A stretch of 64,000 nt of DNA from Mantamonas sphyraenae STR306 (lineage: Eukaryota; Protista; CRuMs). The notes beneath the pieces are model-generated. The model ran no database searches. It saw only the letters and a list, made by a program, of their open reading frames with translations, and had not been told where the DNA came from. The DNA lies in contig JAPMXV010000044.1 of NCBI GenBank assembly GCA_026936335.1, forward strand, positions 310,001 through 374,000, in the 5' to 3' direction. The translations under genes were made by a program, and so were the position numbers. This document shows positions 10,554 to 24,859 of this stretch, in pieces (within the stretch, counting starts at the first letter, position 1; each line of letters opens with the position of its first letter).

Positions 10554-13500
10554 ATGGAATGCACGACCCGTGGTTTCGATGCGCTGTGGCAGCCACCAAG
10601 CGACATGTCGACCAGCAGCAGTGGCGTCAGCCTCAGCGAGAATGACGTGGAGCTCCGACTTGCTGGCATAGAGGCAACGTTGTTGTCGCAATGTGGGACC
10701 CGTGCTGTGAAACGCGTCGACGAGATGAGCCTTGAAGGTGGCCCGTTGCAGATGCAGCGTTTTGATGTAGAGGTGAATCAACCCGATGAGACTCAGGTGC
10801 CGGCTGTGTGGAAGTACGAGGCCAGACGCAGTCGCTTCGCGCTGGGTAAGACGCCCATTGCCGACTTCGTGATGTCAAAGTGCGAGAACACAATGCTGGA
10901 GGTGGTGGAGACCAAGGAGGGCGGCAAGATGCAGCGCTGGGGCGAAATTGTGCTTACAGGTTGCACAACGGCCTGGGAGCTGTACAACAGCAGCAGCAAC
11001 AGCAGCAGCAGCAGCAGTAGCAGCAGCAGTAGCAACGCTCCAAAGCTGGTGGTGTTGATCGACTGTGGGGACCTGTGTAAGGCCGCGTGGCGGTGGCGGG
11101 AGGGATCGCGGTGCTTTTTTTTGGGGATTCCGTTTTTTTTTGCCAGCGAGCTTGATCGTTCCGGCAGGCTCAACCACGTGTTGTGGCCCGGATTCGAAAG
11201 GGTGAATGCATGCGTACTGGCCCTGAGCGGACGCCACAGAGCTGTCGGTGTGTGTACCTGCGCCTGTGTGCGGAGAGCGCGCGTGAAATCTCATGCTTCC
11301 CTCTCAGCACCAGCTCACAAATCTCCATCCCCCTTTCCATCCCCCTACGCAGACTTCATGGCCGGGATGAAGCGTGTGCTCGAAGCAGACGAGAAGAATC
11401 GAGCAGCCGCCATGCAGGGTATGGTCAACAACATTGTGGAGGTGCTGACAAAGGTACACGCGGGCCTGAACGCGGGCCTGATCGAGGGGATCGAGATCGA
11501 CATCCAGCTCTTTATCGACAGCCACCCAGCTCTGTTTGCAACCACCGATGTCACATACCCGAAGCGTGTGCAGCACCTGGAGGCTATGCTACAATCATAC
11601 AGCAAGGCAGCGTCAGCGCTTGCGGAGGTACGAGCTCCCCGTCCCCTGTGCGATTTGCCCATGCGATTTTGCCCATGTGCCTCCTCGCCTTTTCTCACCC
11701 GCAGCACCCCACACAGCGCCCGTACACAAAGGATGAGGTTTACCAGCAACTCCCAGAGCTGTTGGTGGATACCTCCGACAGCCCCAGGTGGCACGTGCGA
11801 CACGCGGCCGGACGAAGCGCAGATGACGTCATTCAGGCAACATGGACCGACCTGGCCATGGAAAAAGACAACACTCTGGCCGTCGTTGTGTCACACGACT
11901 CTGACTACACGTGGGCCTGTCCCACCACCATGAAGGACCTGTGCCTCGTAAACCCAACCCGCTGTAGCCTGCTGTGCATCAAGCCCGCAACTCGATTCGC
12001 CGCTGCGCGGCTGGCGTCATTCACCGGCCGCGGCGACATTGCAACCTGGGAACTTACTGTTCCGTTCAAGTTGGCCAAGAAGGCACTTGAGGGGGGTTTT
12101 GACATCCCCCCATTTATCTCGTCTGCGGCGAAGCTGAAATCCAAATACTCCGAACTCAGCCAGCACGCGTCTCCCGGAACCTACGAGTGGTTCATCGAGA
12201 TGATCGATTCTGCCAGTGACGAGGAGTGGGTGCAGCTGGAGAAACGGTACGCGCGAGCCATGCGTGTCCACAACGTGCACGACTTTGGCAAGCAAGACAA
12301 GTATATTTTCGACACGAAACCGCACGGAGACGTCGACACAAAGGAAGTGGAGCGCAAAGCCCTATGGACTCTGTGCCAGAAGCTGGGTGCCAACGCACAG
12401 ATGCTGTTCAGGGTATCCCTCGACTATCTGAGATGGGGAGCGACAGCAATCACATTGGCCGACCTGGACGGCCTGGCAGATTGTTTGCTGGCACAAACGA
12501 GGACGGTGACGCTGGAGGTGGCCAAGAACGTGGACTCGCCGTTGGTGTTTGTGGTGGACAAGGACAACCACATGGTGTGCAGTCCCGTGGTTAGGGCGCC
12601 ACGCAGGGCGGTCAGCATGACTCAACCGGGACGAAAGAGCAAGCAGGCAAAGAGGAGGCGGTCTCGACGACAAAAGCGAGGGGGAGATGACCCATGGGCA
12701 CAGGATGTGCGAGTGCACAACGCCTTCACATGCGACAGCGACCTGGTCGATGCGCTGTTCGTCGACAACCAGGCCGACGACGAGATGGAATGGGGAGGCG
12801 TCCACTTCCAGACGGCCGCCTGGGCTGCAGAGGGAGCCTGCGAGCTGGAGGATGTGGTGGACGACTGGACCACGCCTGTGCTCACGCGAGTGATCAATCG
12901 CCTGCGCGAGGACGAGCTGGTGCAATCGATGCAGCTCGAGGTGTCCGTCAAGGATGGACGCGTCGTCATCCGAGGGCCAGCGGGTTGTCCCTACCACGCC
13001 GCTGTGGCAGAGTCCATCAAGCACGATTTGCAAGCAGTGACGCTGCCACCAGAGCACAGCAGCGAGGTGCAGAGTGCGCGCAAGAAACGCCAGACCACAA
13101 CGGCTTTGAGTGCCGCCCAGACTGCCAACAGCCACCTGCAGAGCAAGAGCGGCGCCCTGGAGCAAACAGTCAAGCAGGTGTCCAGGACACTGCGTACGGA
13201 GAAGACCGTCACCAACGCGATCAAAGCGTTTTACTCCAACCCTGTCGGCCCACGAAACAGGTTGCCGCACACTGGAAACAATCTGGGTATTGCCACCGTG
13301 AGCGAGCCACGTAGGCAGGACCACGCAGCAACGCAACGGCGTGAATTCCTCATACGATTTGCGGAAGCAAACAACGCCTTGGTGCGGGCGTTCAACACGG
13401 CAGTCCCTCACGCTCTGCGGTCTGAGGGACGGCTCCTCGCAGAACAGAGGGCATCGGAAGAGAGGCGTGCAGCCGAAGAGGCCAAGCGTGCAGAATCCCT

Positions 13501-15766
13501 GCCCACGGGCAAGCGCCTTCTGCGGGTGCGAGCGCGTGCGATGCCGAACAAGCGTCGGCGTGTGGAAGTTGAGGAGGTCACCCGTGATGATGGCAAGGAC
13601 ATGGACTACGAGGACCCCAAGCACGAAGTGTCAGACGACGAGGATGGGTTCTTTGACTGCGAAGAGAAGGAGGAGGAGGAGGACGAGGACGCCGCTGGTG
13701 AATCGGAGGCCGAAGGGGAGGTGCTCGACCTGCTGGAGAAGGCGTTCTATGGTGACGTGAATGTGGCACACAGGTGGCTCAAGGAGTGTGCCGAGGCCAT
13801 GGCACATGCCGACTCCACACACACCGTGTTGGTCCTCAATACGCACCGACGGGACTGGCAACACCGGTACCCAGACGTGGCAACGCAAGCGGTCGCTGAC
13901 GAAGGCCAGCTTGTTCTTCTGCAACTGGGGGACCTTGGGCACGGTCATCCGCATGACCATCGCCCCCTGTGGACCCATCTGGCAAAGTACTTTCCGCTTG
14001 AGGCAGCGACAGCGGCTGTGGGTGAGGTCCGGTCGCTGGCCACCCGCAACGCAACAGCCGCCGCGTTTGCCGGGCTGGAGGCCAAGGCAAAGATGATGCC
14101 GTACACAAAGATGGTGGAAACCATGGCTGCCCACTACAGCAAGCCCGATACAGTTGTCAAGGCCCGTCTGAGAAAGTTGGGTGTGCGCTTCGTACACGCG
14201 CAGTACTCGGCAAATTCTTCTTGGGCGGATGAACAGAAGGCACTGAAGGAGCAGCTGATGGAATCGAAGCTATCCAATTGGCATGCGTTTGCGAACGGCG
14301 TCCATGGCAACATGAGCACACTGGCAGACGCCGTGTTCAGCGGCACCGCACGTGGTGTGGCTGAAAACGCACGCTCACTCGCCAGTGCGGTGACGATCAG
14401 CCCCACCACCTTGGAGAACATTGATCGCTACTACGACAAAGACCACCTCCCTGCCCCAGCTACAAAAGAAGAAGACGACCGGACGAGGCGCAGGTTCGCA
14501 ATCTTCGATGTGTTTGGAGATGAGGTGCCGCACGAGCAAAGGAACAGAAGAGAGCAACAAGCACCGGCGTGCTTGTTGTCGTGGGTGCCTGAGATCGGAT
14601 ATCTGGGCAGCCGAATGCTCGCGTGCGTGACGGGCAGCGCAGTGGTCTGTGGTACCGTCGTCAAGGTGCTGCTGTTCCGCATGCCCACGCCAATGGACAC
14701 GATTCGGCAGTTCTGGAACGACAACAATATGACACCGACGTACACTCTGCTGGAACTCCTGGAGCCGACATCCCGGGCAGAAGCATACGCGAGTGCAGTG
14801 AAGCCAAAGGCGTGGACAACACTCAAGGCGATTGTGGTTCTCAAGCGTTTGTACCATTTCTACGGCACCACGACCGTTGACGGGGTTCTCCCTGCGCATC
14901 TCGACGGTGTGTGGGAGAGGTTGGGATGCAAGGAGCACGGTGATGTGGCATGTGGCAAGCTGAGTGTGGCTGCCATTCGGCCTCCAACAACCGACGAAGA
15001 GCGCACGCGCACGGTGCAGCTTCTGCGCACATACAACATCGCAGCCACCGATCCCGGAGAGACCAAGTGCCACACGGTTGTGCTGCGCCTGTTGCAACGG
15101 CAGGGGCACCGTGGCGAGGTGGCGGACTTCTGGACTATCCCCAGGCTCACAAACAACGCCAGCAGGCGGGACAATCACCACTTTGCTGCACAGAGACACG
15201 GCGTGGGCAAAGAGCGAGACTCGATCGACGCGCGCGAGATGAGGCACGTGCACAAAGTGTGGCGGAACCGAGACGCCCAGCAGCTGATGAACAACGCCTG
15301 CAAGCGACCCGGAGAGGAGGAGAGCACGGACAACGTGATCTACTTTGTCGGCAAGGTCACATGGAAGGGCATTGCGGGGGGCTTTGAGAGCTGGTGCGAC
15401 TTTATCGCAACGCAGCACCTTGTCCTGACCGTGAACGAGTTCAATACGAGCAAATGTTGTGCTACATGTGGAGCAGAGTTGAATTGGGTGCCGGAGATGG
15501 GCTCTGTGAAACCGTTCGGCCGGGTCAAGGTGTGCGAGGCGTGCTGGGAGGCGGACAAGACGAGCCGCCACGAAGCGACTGTCGGTGGGGCGGCAAGATC
15601 GATGGTGGCAAGGACGTACAACACAGCAAGGCGATGCGTGGACCGTGACATCAACGCTGCGATCAACATTGCTTACGCAGGTTTACTGCTGTGTTTGACG
15701 GGCGGCCGCCCCAGCCACCTGCAAAGCAACCAACCGCTTGTGGACACCGAGAATGAGAGCACCTGA
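10554..15766 (+). CDS. Giant Fanzor (TnpB-like RNA-guided RuvC nuclease) with N-terminal FEN1/XPG/PIN-like domain; 3 exons, ~1619 aa
   Basis: RuvC-I ATDPG (D 15050); Gly at the canonical RuvC-II position (YFVG, 15350); relocated Glu in VNEFNTSK (15437); Zn ribbon CATC...CEAC; RuvC-III DRDINAAINI (15647). Phase-compatible GT-AG introns 11077-11352 and 11628-11704 join the 10503 and 11183 ORFs. The start codon is uncertain. Confidence 0.85.
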
Positions 15767-15897
15767 TCACGTTAACACGTGATTGAAGTCAAACGCAAAT
15801 AAAGCGTTGGCACAGAGCAGCCATTCGACATCAGCGCGCTGGCTTGGCATCAGCGCGCTGATTTGAGAATGGCTGGATTGAATGATGATGAAAAAAA
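15766..15897 (+). ncRNA. Candidate Fanzor omegaRNA (structured 3' end plus flanking guide)
   Basis: Three hairpins directly after the Fanzor stop: ATCACGT/ACGTGAT, AACGC/GCGTT, and a long stem made of CAGCCATTC/GAATGGCTG plus ATCAGCGCGCTG/CAGCGCGCTGAT. The long stem ends 2 bp before the right direct repeat. Confidence 0.5.
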
Positions 15898-15957
15898 ATG
15901 CCTGTCCTCGTGTCCTGTCCTCCGGTGCGCGTCGCGCGCAAACTCGAGAAGCAAAAA

Positions 15958-18292
15958 ATGTACCAGAGTCAGCTGGCGTTGCACGTGGTCAAGCTCTTCT
16001 TTGGCGACGTGGTCCAACGTGTGGTCAAGCCACTCATCGATGGGGGCAAGAAGGAACTGGAGGACCTCGTACGAGAGTGCAAGCCCCTGAAGCGCAGCCA
16101 GATCATGGCTGCCCTCGCTGTGCTCATCCAGCACCATCATGTGCACTTTGATGAGGTGGAAGTGGTATGTTGTGCACCACACCATGCGTGGTGTGTGTGT
16201 AGGGGGAAGGGGGGAGGGGAGGAGTGCCAGGTGTCACGCTCACATCAAGCGCGATGCGATCCCCACGTAGCGATCTGCCTCGGAGGACGACAAGGATGGC
16301 AGCAACACAAAGTCGTTCACGCACACCTTTTACAAGGCGTCAGGTAGGTGTGATGCGTGCGTGTTGGGTGTTGGGGGGGGGGGGGGGAAGGGGGTCGGTG
16401 TGTGCGTCGACGGCTGACGTTCCCTCTTCTCTTGCCAGTGGAAAGCATTCTGCTGCACATGCGCTACGTACACTTTATGGACCTTGCGGCCAAGCAGTAT
16501 GGCCAACATGCACGGTATGTGGTCAAGGCACTGCTGATCAATGGCATGCTGTCGCCCAAGGAGTGTGTGGAGCGTGCGGCGGAGCTGTACCACGAAGACG
16601 AGGTCGACAGGGCAGTGAAAGCCAAGCAGACTGCCGAGTCATCCGGCCGCAAGTACTCTGGTTCCATGACTGTGTCAGAGTCGGAGCTGGCCCAATGGAA
16701 GTTTCAAGCTATGGATGCGTTTGTCAGCCTGTGCGACGAAGCCTTTGTGGTCGCCGGCACCACGGGCATCCTCCTGCGCACCAAAGTCGAGGACGAGCCG
16801 GAAATGTTCAAAACCGCACGACGCAAACCTCGCCGTGCCAAAGGAGAGGTCCTCCAACTTCCTCCCATCCAAGATGTAAGTGTGCCACGCCGCCAGCAGG
16901 AAAATGGCGGGTTGCGGTGGTTGATCGCATTCCCACGAATCGCACGCTCTTCCTCTCCCAAAAATGCATTGACCATGTGTCTGACACACATACACACACA
17001 CACACACACTTGCGTGTGCCGGTGCTGTGCTGTTTTACCCCACGCAGCTCATTCCCGTGTCGCAGTCGTCTGTGCTGCGAACTGGGGTGATCCGTGTCCC
17101 TGAAGGCGAGCTTGACTTTGCCGATCGTGACGTGGACCGGGACGAGCTGTTTGGCGACGAAGTGGACGCCGTGTCCAGCCAGATCACACAGTCGAGCAAG
17201 CGCAAGGCAGACAAACGGGATGAGGATGGGGACGAGGTGGACGATGCCGAAGGAGAACGAGAGCAAAAGCGGCAGCGCCTGAACGCATCGTCGTCGTCCT
17301 CCTCTTCTTCTTCCTCTTCTTCCTCCTCCTCCTCATCATCATCATCGTCCTCCTCTGGGGCACTGTGGTCGCAGCAACGGGGCTACGAGCACGGAGAGCA
17401 GGCTGTGGCGTTGTTTGTGGTGAACCATCATCGGTTCCACCACGCCATGCGTGTGGAGACGCTGGTGGAGTACACCAAGCGTGCGAGGCGGTTCTACGAC
17501 GCCGGCAAGGAGGAGGACGAAGACAGCAACGGCGAGATGACAACCGAGGTGCTGGACCGTGCGTTGGGCCTGGCCAAGGTGGTGCGATGCATGATGGACT
17601 CGAGCAGGGAGAGCAAAAAGGTGACCATGTCCACGGACGAGCTGGCCATGAGGATGAAGGAGCGCACGGATGAGGATGATCTGGCCAGTGGGACACTGGA
17701 CCAGAGGCGAGTGCTGGCCCTGATGGAGGACGTGGACGACTCCCAAACACCGTTCATCAAAGCACCGGAAGCCAACGGCCTGTGGACGTTGGACGTGAAG
17801 CGTGCCAGCAACATGCTGCGCACCGAACACATGGTGTCGCTTGTGCGTGCCAAGTACGGACGCGACGCAAGCAAGATCTTCTACATGCTGTCGGTGTACA
17901 ACTTTCTGGACGACAATGCGATTGGGGAGGCGTGTCTGATGTCGGTGAAGGACACACGGAGCACATGCTGGAAGATGAGCGACCTGTTGTACCTGCAGGA
18001 GGTGCCCAAGACGCAGACGAGGGATGTGCGCAACACGATGTACCTGTGGAGCGTCAACTACAGCAAGGCCATGCGCACGCTACTGGAGCAGATGTACCAC
18101 ACGTGCATCAACCTGATGCAGCGCTGGGACCACGAGCAAAAGGCAAACACAAATGTGAAGCACGCCATCGACAACAACTACCTGACGCAGCAGAGCCTTG
18201 GCAAGGGCCAGCGGTTGCGGCACATGGACAGTGTGTTTGCACGTGCGCTCTCCGACCTGGACAAGGACATGTTTGTGCTGAGGGATCTTTGA
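15958..18292 (+). CDS. POLR3C: RNA polymerase III subunit RPC3/RPC62 (4 exons)
   Basis: N-terminal FGDVV...ALAVLIQHH, YGQHARYVVKALLING, and C-terminal LQEVPKT...MYLWSVN. Phase-consistent introns 16165-16270, 16344-16438 and 16876-17047. Confidence 0.85.
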
Positions 18293-18631
18293 AGTGGTAG
18301 GGTGTGTGTTGGTGTTGGCAATGGAAGGGTCAGATGCGCTTGCGCTGCCACCCAAAAGGCCACTGGCCACAAAAAACAAAGTTTTCCACGAGAAGCGACG
18401 CTACGAGCAACCAACAACCCGACAGAACTCTTCAGTTCACGTCACACTACTACTACGACACACAACCTATTTTTCTTGATCTATTTTTGAACCTGAACCC
18501 AAGCAGCGCACTGAACACACAGAGCGAAGCACACAGCGACAACAACCAACAAGCAACAAACCAACTTTCTAGAACCCAACCACCTTTGAGACACCTCAAG
18601 GCAACGTAATAGAAAACCCCAAACCCATTTT

Positions 18632-21606
<2,975 letters not shown>

Positions 21607-22373
21607 AGAACACGAGAGACGAGCAAAGACGACTACCCCAGTGCGAATGCAGCAGAAGCGAGAGGAGACAAGATGGGAAACCAATGGAGGTGATTGCATC
21701 AGCAGGGTTCATTTTGATGTTGGAAAGGGGGGAAAGTGGCGTGAGGGAACAAACGGAGGGAAAATTTACAAAGGTGGGAGATGGCACGGGCATCAGGCTC
21801 GCAGATGCGCTACGCTGATGCCATGCGGAGCAAAACAGGCCTGCACAGAACCAGTCCACGTTTCTGTCTCGGTGGTGGCCTTTTTGCCATTGCGGGAGCA
21901 GTGGTGGATGATTTTGGTTCTGCCGACAAGCATGATCAGGGTTTCAGCAGAGCAGCAGGAGCAGCGGCCATAGCATTCCCAATGGCCGCTTTCGTTCTTC
22001 TGCAGGCGAGACCAGTAGATGGGCATTGTGTTTGTGGAGTGGGGAAATCGCAAAGGGGAACGGGTGGATGCACTGGGCCGTGCGGCGCGGGAGGGAAAAA
22101 CCCGAACATGATCTCGGGTGAACCCTCCCCGACACCAACTTGGTGGAGCTCCGCTGACGGGCGATTTCCCTGGTTGGTTGTGACGGAGGATCTTCAGGAC
22201 TTGCGGGGGTCCAACAACAGCCACAGCAGCATGCATGTGCGCTGTGTGTTGTCGTCAGGAAAACACCAGGAACCGCGGACCCGGAGGGTTTTTGGCGCAT
22301 GACGTCAGCGCGATGACGATGCGCGGGGAGAAACACCTGAAAACACCTTGAAATCAACCACTGAACACAAACG

Positions 22374-24008
22374 ATGTCGAACACGACTGCTCAGAACAAC
22401 ACCACCGAGCCAAAGGACGACGGTCGGCTGCCAGTGACCCTGCTGTCAGGCTTCCTGGGCTCGGGCAAAACGACGCTGCTGGAACACATTCTGAAAAACA
22501 AAGAGGGCCTGCGGTGCGCAGTGCTGGTGAACGACATGGCAGCCATCAACGTGGACGCAGACATTGCGGCCAAGGTGGTGCAAAAGGAGGAGAAGCTGGT
22601 GCGCATGGACAACGGGTGCATCTGTTGCACCCTGCGTGAGGATCTGCTGATCGAAGTGGCCAATCTGGCAAAGGACAAGTCCATCGACTACCTGGTGATC
22701 GAATCCACGGGCGTGTCGGAGCCCCTGCAGGTGGCTGAAACGTTCACTTTCGACAACGAGGAGATGGGTCTGCAGAGCCTCAGCGAGGTGGCCCGCCTGG
22801 ACACGTGTGTCACTGTGGTCGATGCATCCCATTTCATGATGAATTGGGAGAGTGCCGAAACAGTGCATCAGCGCAAGCGCATGCGTGCCATCCGCGCAGC
22901 AGCTGCGCAATCTGGAGATGCCTTGGATGTGGAGGACAAGGGAAAGGCAGTTGAAGAGGAGGAAGACGAGGAGGACGAGGTTGCCGTCGACGAGGATGAA
23001 CGCAACATTGTGGACCTGCTTCTGGACCAGGTGGAGTTTGCCGACGTGATTCTGCTGAACAAGTGCGATCTGGTGAGCACCAAGACACGCGACGAATTGT
23101 TGGGCATCATCAAATCGCTCAACAGCGAGGCCCTGGTGTACACGACGGTGCAGAGCGATGTGCCGCTGGACAAAGTCATCAACACGGGCCTGTTCACCAT
23201 GGAAAAGGCAGCCAAGAGTCTCAACTGGTTGCAGGAGGCACGCGGCAGCCATCAACCGGAAACCCTGGAGTACGGCATCGGTTCGTTTGTCTACGAAGCA
23301 AGGAGGCCATTCCATCCCATGCGCTTGGGTGAATTGCTGGAGCAGTACTTTTTCATCACCGTCGTCGGCCTGGCCATTGACAAGGAGCAGGCGGACCAGA
23401 TTGCAGGCGCCTCGGGAGACGACGGTGCCATGGCACTGGACGACGCGTCTGCCAACGAGGGCAACCAAGGCGAAGAAGAAGGTGAAGGTGAAGAGGAGGA
23501 GGAGGAGGAGGAGGAATCGTTTGAGGAGCAAGAGGCACGCAAGAAGGAGTTGCTGGCAGGGCGCACTGAACGCTTTGGCAACATCCTGCGGTCCAAGGGA
23601 GTGCTGTGGAGCTGCGAATGGGGCATGCCTATCCTCATGCAGCACGCAGGTGCCATCGTGAGGCTGCTGGCTGATCCCACTCCCTGGTACGTCGATGCAC
23701 CGGACGAGGAATGGGAGGAGATGTTCCCCACAGTCGACCGCAAGGACGTCCAGAAGCTGTTTGAGGGCGACCTGGGTGACAAGCGCCAAGAGCTCGTGTT
23801 CATCGGCATCGATCTCAAGAAGGACGCCATCTACGAGGCTCTGGACGCCTGTCTGCTGACTGATGAAGAGTTTGCCGAGGGACCCACCGCCTGGGAAGGC
23901 TACGAGACACCCTTCACCTGGTTGGACATCATCGATGAGGAGGAAGACGAAGACGATGAGGATGGAGGCCATGCGAACCATGACCATTCCCACCCTCATC
24001 GTAGGTAA
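22374..24008 (+). CDS. COG0523/CobW-family zinc metallochaperone GTPase (ZNG1-like)
   Basis: LPVTLLSGFLGSGKTT, GCICC, ESTG and NKCD motifs; CobW_C region (RPFHP, RSKG, QELVFIG); His-rich tail. Confidence 0.93.
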   Translation: MSNTTAQNNTTEPKDDGRLPVTLLSGFLGSGKTTLLEHILKNKEGLRCAVLVNDMAAINVDADIAAKVVQKEEKLVRMDNGCICCTLREDLLIEVANLAKDKSIDYLVIESTGVSEPLQVAETFTFDNEEMGLQSLSEVARLDTCVTVVDASHFMMNWESAETVHQRKRMRAIRAAAAQSGDALDVEDKGKAVEEEEDEEDEVAVDEDERNIVDLLLDQVEFADVILLNKCDLVSTKTRDELLGIIKSLNSEALVYTTVQSDVPLDKVINTGLFTMEKAAKSLNWLQEARGSHQPETLEYGIGSFVYEARRPFHPMRLGELLEQYFFITVVGLAIDKEQADQIAGASGDDGAMALDDASANEGNQGEEEGEGEEEEEEEEESFEEQEARKKELLAGRTERFGNILRSKGVLWSCEWGMPILMQHAGAIVRLLADPTPWYVDAPDEEWEEMFPTVDRKDVQKLFEGDLGDKRQELVFIGIDLKKDAIYEALDACLLTDEEFAEGPTAWEGYETPFTWLDIIDEEEDEDDEDGGHANHDHSHPHRR

Positions 24009-24021
24009 GTGTTGTTTTCCC

Positions 24022-24854
24022 CTGTGCATCGTTTCGTTTGTGTTTGTTGTTGCCCTTTGTGCATGTGCCTCCATTCCCCCCACACCACACCACACACACG
24101 CACACACACACACACACGCAGACACAACACAAGAATGAAAACCGCAAGTTTGCGAAATTGTCGAGTTTGAATCACAACTCTTCCAAAAACTCGCCCAGAA
24201 GCTGCAACGCCTCGGCCACGCCCTTGCGGGACAGCCCGATACGGAATCCTTGGCCATTGCTGTGGCTACCGTCGATGTCGTACACGCTCACAGGCAGCAA
24301 AAGCACATTCTTTGCCGCCAGCAACTTTGCAGCAAACTCCTCGGCCTTGGGCAGGGGACAACTGTCGTCCAGTTTGACCACAGCCACCGGTCCGGCCATG
24401 GGAGCTGTGTACTCCAGCCAATGGGACCATTTGGCAAAGAACTGCGCAGCAGCGTCGCCGTTCTCCTTGACGATTGTGCGTGTGCGTTCCAGCAGCACAT
24501 CGGCGTTGTGCAGAATGATGGTGGCCAACACTTCCGTAGGTGCAGAGCCGCAAATCGTCGTAAAGTCCTTCTGTGCTTCAAACAGCTCCATGAACGCGGC
24601 GTTGCGTGTCGCAAGCCAGCCGCAACGCAGGCCCGGTGCACTGAACGATTTCGACACGCCGCTCAGTGCCACTGCATTGTCGTACAGTTCCACTGCAGAG
24701 GGCACCTGTGTCTCGGCCATGTGGGCATACATCTCGTCGCTGAACAGCACGGCGTTTCCGTTTTCCTTGCAGATGGCAATGATCTCCTCCAACTCCTCCA
24801 GCGTCCACTGGTGGCCTGTGGGGTTGTGTGGTGAGTTGATCACCACCATGCTCA
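24022..24854 (-). pseudogene. Duplicated, 5'-truncated copy of the aminotransferase 3' part and 3' flank (repeat copy 1)
   Basis: Identical to 26431-27264 apart from a 1-nt T indel; lacks the N-terminal ~160 codons. Confidence 0.9.
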
Positions 24855-24859
24855 GGTGC

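Larger units (their letters stand above)
7520..15877 (+). mobile_element. Putative transposon carrying a Tc1/IS630 transposase plus a giant Fanzor
   Basis: Two co-oriented mobile-element genes sit between host genes. An exact TTGAATGATG direct repeat lies at 7510-7519 and 15878-15887. AGCGCGCT occurs 17-18 bp inside each putative end. Boundaries are inferred. Confidence 0.6.

Noticed and set aside
11183-11704. ORF-track start of the 1527-aa protein
   Set aside because: It begins inside a predicted intron and reads out of frame through exon 2; the spliced model fits the motifs better.
11183-15766. Prokaryotic Cas12/CRISPR system or bacterial contamination
   Set aside because: No repeat-spacer array or cas genes. 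The gene has spliceosomal introns and the Fanzor-type rearranged RuvC.
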